Shown: positions 1 to 5,665 of the stretch, piece after piece
How positions within the stretch are numbered: position 1 is the first letter of the stretch
Layout of the letters: every line of letters begins with the position of its first letter
Assembly: GCA_001664505.1 (NCBI GenBank)
Contig: CP011806.1
Span: forward strand, 2,285,661 to 2,317,660
Length of the DNA: 32,000 nt
Direction: 5' to 3'
DNA from: Acidobacteria bacterium Mor1
GTDB lineage: Bacteria > Acidobacteriota > Polarisedimenticolia > Polarisedimenticolales > Polarisedimenticolaceae
The notes under the pieces: model-generated
What the model was told of the DNA's origin: nothing
Seen by the model: the letters and a program-made list of their open reading frames with translations, nothing else
Databases searched by the model: none
Position numbers and translations under genes: made by a program

Positions 1-226
1 GCAGATAGGCGATCGCGGCCTGAATCAGCGTCACCACAGGGCCCGCCGCCGACACGAACTGTTGATGCCATTCGGCGCTGAAAGCGCCCCGGGCCAGTCC
101 GGCACTGTTGAGGCGGACCCACATGTCGTAGCCGAGCAACTCCCCGGCCGCCCAGTGCCCCCCTTCGTGAATCACGAAGGTGGCCACGACCACACTGAAG
201 AACAGCGGGATATGCCGCCAGGCCAC
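1..226 (-). CDS. integral membrane protein with HExxH zincin-like motif (partial; continues past the left window edge)
   Basis: Minus-strand frame is open to the window edge. It is absent from the ORF track because it has no in-window stop. GTG at 226..224 lies 5 nt after the TAG (234..232) of the upstream TPR gene. Translation: VAWRHIPLFFSVVVATFVIHEGGHWAAGELLGYDMWVRLNSAGLARGAFSAEWHQQFVSAAGPVVTLIQAAIAYL. This is a hydrophobic helix carrying HEGGH, as in membrane-embedded zinc metalloproteases (M50/DUF3267-like). Start codon and family are uncertain. Confidence 0.4.
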   Translation of the reverse strand, partial: MAWRHIPLFFSVVVATFVIHEGGHWAAGELLGYDMWVRLNSAGLARGAFSAEWHQQFVSAAGPVVTLIQAAIAYL

Positions 227-231
227 CGCCG

Positions 232-1212
232 CTACCTCAACTTCTTCAGAGCGGACTTCGCCTTGTCCACGTCGTTGATCGCGACCGCCTGTTCCAGGTG
301 CTTGCGCGCCTTCGACACATCTCCTTTGCGGGCGTGAATCTCCCCCAGCCGGTAGTGCGCGTAGGCCAGCAGCGGCTTGTCGTCGGAACCGGCGGCGATG
401 AAGCGCTCCAGCGAAGCGATCCCCTTCGGCACCTGCACCTTGCCGACGTGGGCCACCTTTCCGATCAGGTAGTGGCAGCCCATGTTCTCGGGATCCGTCT
501 CGACACAGCGTTCGAAGGTGGCGATGGCCGCGCCGTAGGCCCTGTCGGCAATCTGCATGTTGCCGCGCATGATCAACGCGTCCCCGTGCCCCGGTTCCAG
601 GCTCAGCGCCTTCTCCAACTTCGCCTTCGCCCCCTTCGGGTTCTTCTCCGCCTGATCGACCCGGGCCTCGTAGACCAGGACATCCGACAGACTGAGGCCG
701 GGGAACTCCCGAATCAGCCGTCGCGCCTCATCCTTGCTTCCTCCGCCCAGGGCCGGCGCGTTGAGATGGAAGCGGATCAACCGTTTGCGGGCCCCGGCGT
801 CTTGGGGCCGAAGCGCGACGGAATGCTCCATCGCCTGCTTCATCTTCTTGCCGACTCCGCGCTTGCGCAGCAGGCTGACCTTCGCCACATGCTGCTGGTA
901 GCACTCGACGAGCAGCTCGGAGACCTCGAAGGTGTCCTCGCCCTGCTTCTGTGCGGCGACCAGCAGATCGATGGCGGGCGCGTACTTCTCGGCATCCATC
1001 AGTTCCTGGGCTCTCCGCGCCGTGGCGGAGCGCACGGCAGGATCCCTTGACTCTTCGGCTGCGGCCTCCGATTCGGCGACTTCCCAGCCCGCTAACCTGC
1101 TCGCTCCGAGGGCTGCGCTGGGCAAGGGAACCTGGAGGACAAAAAGCACCAGGAGCCAACTGGCCACATGCGACTGCAATTCAGATCGTCCTGCTTTCGA
1201 TGTCGTGGTCAT
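232..1212 (-). CDS. secreted TPR-repeat protein
   Basis: 326-aa ORF with ATG at 1212..1210. It has an N-terminal signal-like hydrophobic segment (WLLVLFVLQVPLPSAALGA). TPR-like units are present, e.g. YGAAIATFERCVETDPEN and AYAHYRLGEIHARKGDVSKARKHLEQAVAIN. The overlapping alternative-frame ORFs are Arg/Gly/Pro-rich. Confidence 0.75.
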   Translation of the reverse strand: MTTTSKAGRSELQSHVASWLLVLFVLQVPLPSAALGASRLAGWEVAESEAAAEESRDPAVRSATARRAQELMDAEKYAPAIDLLVAAQKQGEDTFEVSELLVECYQQHVAKVSLLRKRGVGKKMKQAMEHSVALRPQDAGARKRLIRFHLNAPALGGGSKDEARRLIREFPGLSLSDVLVYEARVDQAEKNPKGAKAKLEKALSLEPGHGDALIMRGNMQIADRAYGAAIATFERCVETDPENMGCHYLIGKVAHVGKVQVPKGIASLERFIAAGSDDKPLLAYAHYRLGEIHARKGDVSKARKHLEQAVAINDVDKAKSALKKLR

Positions 1213-1496
1213 GTCAGAGAGAACGACACATCACGCCCATGGGTTCCCTAAATCAGAAACTCAAACCACGCTGCAAGGCTGAGCCAGGCTTTGCACAACT
1301 GCGCATTCAGCTAGCTCTGGACGCGCAACTCAGGTGCCCAAAACGCCATTCCCGGCTCGCGCACAAGGCCCACAAAGCGCACCGGCGACGTGCTTTGTAG
1401 GCCTCCCGTCTCCTGATAGCATAGACGGTAGAGTTTGCCCCTGAGTTCTCGAAGCTCGAACGCTCGAGTACCCTCTCTGCAAGCGCGAGGTTGAGA

Positions 1497-4400
1497 ATGA
1501 CTACCCCTGAGACTGGCCGAAGCGCCTCGAAACGGGACACTTGCCCGCACTGCGGCGTTCCCTTACCGCCACCTGGTACATGGTTTCCATTGTTGATTCT
1601 GGCGCCTTGGAACGTTGGCCAGATCCTCTCGCTGCTGTTGGGTGACACGCTGACCGCTCCGTGCGAGAACTGTGGAAAAAACCTTAAAACTCCAGCTGTT
1701 GCAGCCCTGCAACTCGAGAACCCATCTAGAGCCATCCTGGTTCCCACCGGCACGAGCACGGCGCTACCAACTGTGATGGAACAGGCGCTCCAGTCGCTTC
1801 GCAGCGAAGGTGAACAGGCGACTTCCCGTCCTGCCGTCGTGGTCGAAAACACCGAACACGCAACTCAGGAAATCCGCCAGCACGTCCTCTATTTCAAACC
1901 CGTCCTTCGGCAATTGTTCGAGGCCATTCGGGCAGATCGAACCGCGGAGTTCACGTCGCACCGATGGCGAGAACTCACGCCGTCTGCGTTCGCAGCAGCC
2001 CTCATTGCTTCCTCGGGCCTCGTGCGTGGAATCGGCGTGGACTCTTACTCACCAGACACCCACACCCGTGCTAGTTTCTGGGAAACCCACGAGGCAATTC
2101 GCCATCAGCTCGCACCAGTGCAACTCATGACGTGGGCCGCGCTTTCCTCCGAGCCCTGCACTCCTGACGAGACTTTGAGCGAGAGACTGTCAACCCACAT
2201 AAACCCCTTTCAGCTGCCAAGAGTCGTCGAACACATGGAATCTCTAGCCAAGAAATCCCTCGACTCGCCGGAGTTCTCATGGCTGCAGCGGTACGCGACC
2301 TTGGCGACAGCGGTCAGCTCCATTGCGAATGCAGGCAAAGAGACTGAACTCAGAGTGCCTTGGGCGCTTTACTTTCTGGAATTCGAGATCCTCCTACGTG
2401 ATCCGGATGCAGCTCCACTTCAACCTTTGCAACTATCGCCACACCAAGTCAACAGAACCATCGGAGACGTCGAACTCTGGAACGCGATTACGCACAAGAT
2501 CTCTACAGCGCTAGAGACGACCGACCGCGAATTGTCACCTAGCCCGGAAGAGCTCATCGCCTCGGTTCTCGAGGTCGGAACCCGCCTCTCGCGATCGCAG
2601 TTAGTTGAAGACACCCTCGCCAGTATCCGCGTTTCTTTCTCCGGAACGGCCACAGAGGACTTCGTGCTTGGATACACGACCAGACTCCTGAAGCCTCGGG
2701 TAGACCCAAGTGGTCTTGGCTCCATTCTCAAATGGCTATCTCATGCGGTGCTGGAACGTCGAGGCGCTGAACTGATTGAAAAGATCGCCGCCCGTGCCAT
2801 CGCACGGTACCCCGGGGACCGGCGATACGAAGCTACGGTTGATGCCTGGTACGGCGAGATGATGAAAGTCCTTAGACACCCGAGCGCATACCTCGAACGA
2901 GTCGGCTCGTTCCCCAGGCCATGGGAAGCCGCCTTGCCGTTCGCCTTACAGGTATCCCTGGAGAATGAACGCAGCAATTCGCTCCGGATTCTCGGAGAAA
3001 AAAAGGAGGCGCTCGAGCGCACGGAACAAATCATCGCTCGATTCGATAGCCAGGATAAATCACTTCTCGAGCAACTCGATGGAGATCGCCGTATCCTCGA
3101 ACGGAACCGCGCCATTCTGCTAAGGGAGACAGGAAGAGTCGACGCTGCCATCCCCCTGATGCTTGGACTTCTTGAGAGCGCACCGCTTCGCGAAAAACAC
3201 GACCTTCTCACGTCTCTCGGCGTCTCGTATGGAGAAGCAGGGCGTTTCGCAGAGGCTGCATCCTCTTTCAAGGAGGCGCTCGATGTCGCCCCGCAGGACC
3301 CGAGGCTCACACATAGGGCCAAACTCCATCTCGCCCAGGCCCTGATTGCAGACGGGCAGCATACCCTTGCAGCAACATTGATACTTGGCTCAGATCCAGG
3401 CGAGGTCCAAACTCCGGAAACCACCGTCATCGAGGCTGCGGTCTGGACAAACCTTCTGGTCACCAAGACCAGCCTGCCCGCTGAGGCGCAGGAACAAGCA
3501 AACCGGTCCCTTCGGGTGGCGCTGGACTTGGCGGAGTCACCTGAGATCAAGAAAGACTACGCGGCATATTTGGGGTTACTTGAGCTCGCGTTTACCATCA
3601 AGCTCTTGACGAAGGACCCGACTGCGGAAGAGAGCTTGCGGTTGCTACTGGCGCATTCTGGAGCGAAGCACCGCACCCCTGAACCAAAGTACCTAGCTGA
3701 CCTTGCTAGCATCCAGTACCGAAAAAAAGACCTTGAGCAAGCACGGGCAACGATGTCGCGAATACCGGGCGCCCTCGCATCGCATTTCGGCGAGATCCAG
3801 CGCACGGATATCGCCGCGGGCAGCACGACTCAACTCTCTTGGTCACTGGAGCATCTCGGAAGCGCAGTGACGGAAGACGAATGCAAGTGGCCGGATGTCC
3901 GCTGGGTAGCAGAGTTGTCGCGAGATGCCATAGGGCTTGCGAGAACACACCGTCAACCCAGAAAAGAAGCGACAGCTACGACAATCGAAGGCCCGATCCC
4001 CGACAGCGCTCTCGTGCCACTCGCTCCTGCTCACGGCACGCTTCTTGTCCTAGAGTGGATCCACACGTCTTCTGGCCTTCGTGCGATGTTGAGCAGTATT
4101 TCCCACGACGAGAACGTAGAGACCCAGCTACTCCCAGACCCAGGCGTAGACCTACTCAGCCTTCAACAGCGCATCCTATCCAGATTGAACTTCTGGTTCG
4201 GTAGTAGGCCTGGCGACCCGTTCGACATACCGGAGTGGCAGCGAATCCGCGATTGGCTATGCAAGGCAGCCTGTGCGTTCGAGCCCCCTATCCACTTGGT
4301 AGTCATCGAGCATCGAGTGGGCGTCGGTATTCCTTGGCACGTGGCGATCGCGGCTCACGGAACTTGCTCGTACGCTCCTAGCTGGAGGACTTTGCTGCAG

Positions 4401-5054
4401 ATACAGCAGAATGAGCGCACCGCCCCCGAATCACTGGGCACAATGAGCGTACCCCGTTTTGGAGAGTCTCGCCCTATCCGTGAGGCGCTCTCAAAATCCG
4501 CCACACGAACGAAGAAATGGGCTACCACGACTCGAATTGATCTAACTACGCACAACGATATCGAAGGCACCAAGGACTCATTCCGCGCGATAATGAGCGA
4601 AATGGACGTCGCAAAAGTTGCATGCCACGGGTACCTCGAGGAGGGAACTCTTGAGATCGCCCTCGCGCTTAGCAGCAAAGGAGCGCTACCGCCGCTTCGA
4701 GGCAGTATGACTTCATCTGATTTCAGATTAGATTGGAAGGACTGCCAAGGCCTGAGTCGCTCCTCGCCAGTGGTGTTCAGCTCCGCTTGCTCAAGCGGCA
4801 GGACTTGGAGGCGTGGCGCCGGAGAGCCGCTGGGTTTCTACGGAGCGCTTCGCCATAGCGGCACCGTTGCGCTTGTAGCACCGCGATGGGATACTGATGC
4901 CGAGGTAGTGATTCCTATCCTTGACGAGGCGTGCGAGCGATACTGCAGTGGGGAGCCTCTCGCCGACTCCGTTTGGCTCGCTTGCTCCGGAGCTGCTCAA
5001 GAACACGATGACTGGCGAGTCTGGCCGCTCGCGATACAAGGAGATTGGCGATGA
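1497..5054 (+). CDS. large CHAT-domain (caspase-fold) protease with N-terminal CxxC..CxxC zinc ribbon and central TPR-like helical repeats
   Basis: The track ORF starts at TTG 1491. I prefer ATG 1497, which is preceded by GAGG (1487..1490) with a 6-nt spacer. The C-terminal ~350 aa matches the CHAT pattern: VAKVACHGY (His codon 4626..4628), then SSPVVFSSACSSG (Cys codon 4788..4790), then GALRHSGTVALVAPRWDTDAEV. The N-terminus has CPHCG and CENCG (nt 1542..1673). The middle has TPR-like units, e.g. LGVSYGEAGRFAEAASSFKEALDVAP. No P-loop was seen. GC is visibly lower than in the flanks. Confidence 0.85.
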   Translation: MTTPETGRSASKRDTCPHCGVPLPPPGTWFPLLILAPWNVGQILSLLLGDTLTAPCENCGKNLKTPAVAALQLENPSRAILVPTGTSTALPTVMEQALQSLRSEGEQATSRPAVVVENTEHATQEIRQHVLYFKPVLRQLFEAIRADRTAEFTSHRWRELTPSAFAAALIASSGLVRGIGVDSYSPDTHTRASFWETHEAIRHQLAPVQLMTWAALSSEPCTPDETLSERLSTHINPFQLPRVVEHMESLAKKSLDSPEFSWLQRYATLATAVSSIANAGKETELRVPWALYFLEFEILLRDPDAAPLQPLQLSPHQVNRTIGDVELWNAITHKISTALETTDRELSPSPEELIASVLEVGTRLSRSQLVEDTLASIRVSFSGTATEDFVLGYTTRLLKPRVDPSGLGSILKWLSHAVLERRGAELIEKIAARAIARYPGDRRYEATVDAWYGEMMKVLRHPSAYLERVGSFPRPWEAALPFALQVSLENERSNSLRILGEKKEALERTEQIIARFDSQDKSLLEQLDGDRRILERNRAILLRETGRVDAAIPLMLGLLESAPLREKHDLLTSLGVSYGEAGRFAEAASSFKEALDVAPQDPRLTHRAKLHLAQALIADGQHTLAATLILGSDPGEVQTPETTVIEAAVWTNLLVTKTSLPAEAQEQANRSLRVALDLAESPEIKKDYAAYLGLLELAFTIKLLTKDPTAEESLRLLLAHSGAKHRTPEPKYLADLASIQYRKKDLEQARATMSRIPGALASHFGEIQRTDIAAGSTTQLSWSLEHLGSAVTEDECKWPDVRWVAELSRDAIGLARTHRQPRKEATATTIEGPIPDSALVPLAPAHGTLLVLEWIHTSSGLRAMLSSISHDENVETQLLPDPGVDLLSLQQRILSRLNFWFGSRPGDPFDIPEWQRIRDWLCKAACAFEPPIHLVVIEHRVGVGIPWHVAIAAHGTCSYAPSWRTLLQIQQNERTAPESLGTMSVPRFGESRPIREALSKSATRTKKWATTTRIDLTTHNDIEGTKDSFRAIMSEMDVAKVACHGYLEEGTLEIALALSSKGALPPLRGSMTSSDFRLDWKDCQGLSRSSPVVFSSACSSGRTWRRGAGEPLGFYGALRHSGTVALVAPRWDTDAEVVIPILDEACERYCSGEPLADSVWLACSGAAQEHDDWRVWPLAIQGDWR

Positions 5055-5539
5055 GCGACACTCTCTCTGACTTCCTTAACCACGTAGCACCCAACGACGA
5101 GGTGCTCGAGGGAGCGTTCGTCGCCTACGTCAGGTCACAAACTTCCGATCTCGACGCGGAACAGATGAAGCAGGTGCTCCTGAGGCGGATCGATGTCACA
5201 ACCTTCGAGAACGGGCAACGGGCACTGCAAGGCGCTTTGAGTAACCGACAAGACGCAATACTCCTTTACCTGAGCAGAGACTGGACCGACCCGGAGAAGC
5301 GCCCACTCATCCAAGGAGCCTTCGAGGATTCATCGAAGAAGCTCTTCGCCTTGGAGTCGGTTCTCGTCGCTACGGTATCGATGTACGCCATGTATCTGGT
5401 GGCAACTGGCGGACTTCGAAGCGAGACTGTTTCCACTACCCGCAACGCAGACGGAAGCTACACGACAACCGTATCCCGTGAGTGGGCCCCATCGAGCACT
5501 CTCGCACGGCTTTGGAAGGCCCTGACGACGGAGGAGTGA
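5051..5539 (+). CDS. small single-pass membrane protein of unknown function, translationally coupled to the CHAT protease gene
   Basis: The track starts at TTG 5045. ATG 5051 is preceded by AAGGAG (5038..5043) with a 7-nt spacer, and it overlaps the CHAT stop (TGA 5052..5054) as ATGA. The 162-aa protein has a ~100-aa polar N-terminal part, one hydrophobic helix (LFALESVLVATVSMYAMYLVATGGL) and a Ser/Thr-rich tail. I recognise no family. Confidence 0.65.
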   Translation: MSDTLSDFLNHVAPNDEVLEGAFVAYVRSQTSDLDAEQMKQVLLRRIDVTTFENGQRALQGALSNRQDAILLYLSRDWTDPEKRPLIQGAFEDSSKKLFALESVLVATVSMYAMYLVATGGLRSETVSTTRNADGSYTTTVSREWAPSSTLARLWKALTTEE

Positions 5540-5554
5540 CGACCAACCCGCTCC

Positions 5555-5578
5555 GTTCCTAGCTGCCGTCTAAGGAAC
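5555..5578. terminator. weak hairpin between convergent genes (possible terminator)
   Basis: GTTCCTAG (5555..5562) can pair with CTaAGGAAC (5570..5578), giving an 8-bp stem with one bulge and a 7-nt loop. There is no U-tract. It lies between the small-protein stop (5539) and the GH92 stop (5666). Confidence 0.25.
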
Positions 5579-5665
5579 AGACGCTTGCCAAGCGCTGGCT
5601 GGCCGGCCTCCGGATTGGCGTATCCTGCGAACCAACGACTTCAACCCCTCGTATGACGAGAGAAC

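Noticed and set aside
62-337. 91-aa plus-strand ORF at the left edge.
   Set aside because: It lies antisense to the HExxH membrane-protein frame and the 3' end of the TPR gene. It has no start context, and its composition is typical of an alternative-frame artefact.
1213-5665. Island as a type III-E CRISPR (Craspase) remnant, a gasdermin operon, or a mobile element with an integrase/tRNA att site.
   Set aside because: There are no cas7-11-like genes, no repeats or array, and no RpoE/Csx30/31-like set. The partner protein (162 aa, one TM) is not gasdermin-like. No integrase, transposase or tRNA-like sequence was found at either border. Only a short imperfect direct repeat is present, and it is reported separately with caveats.
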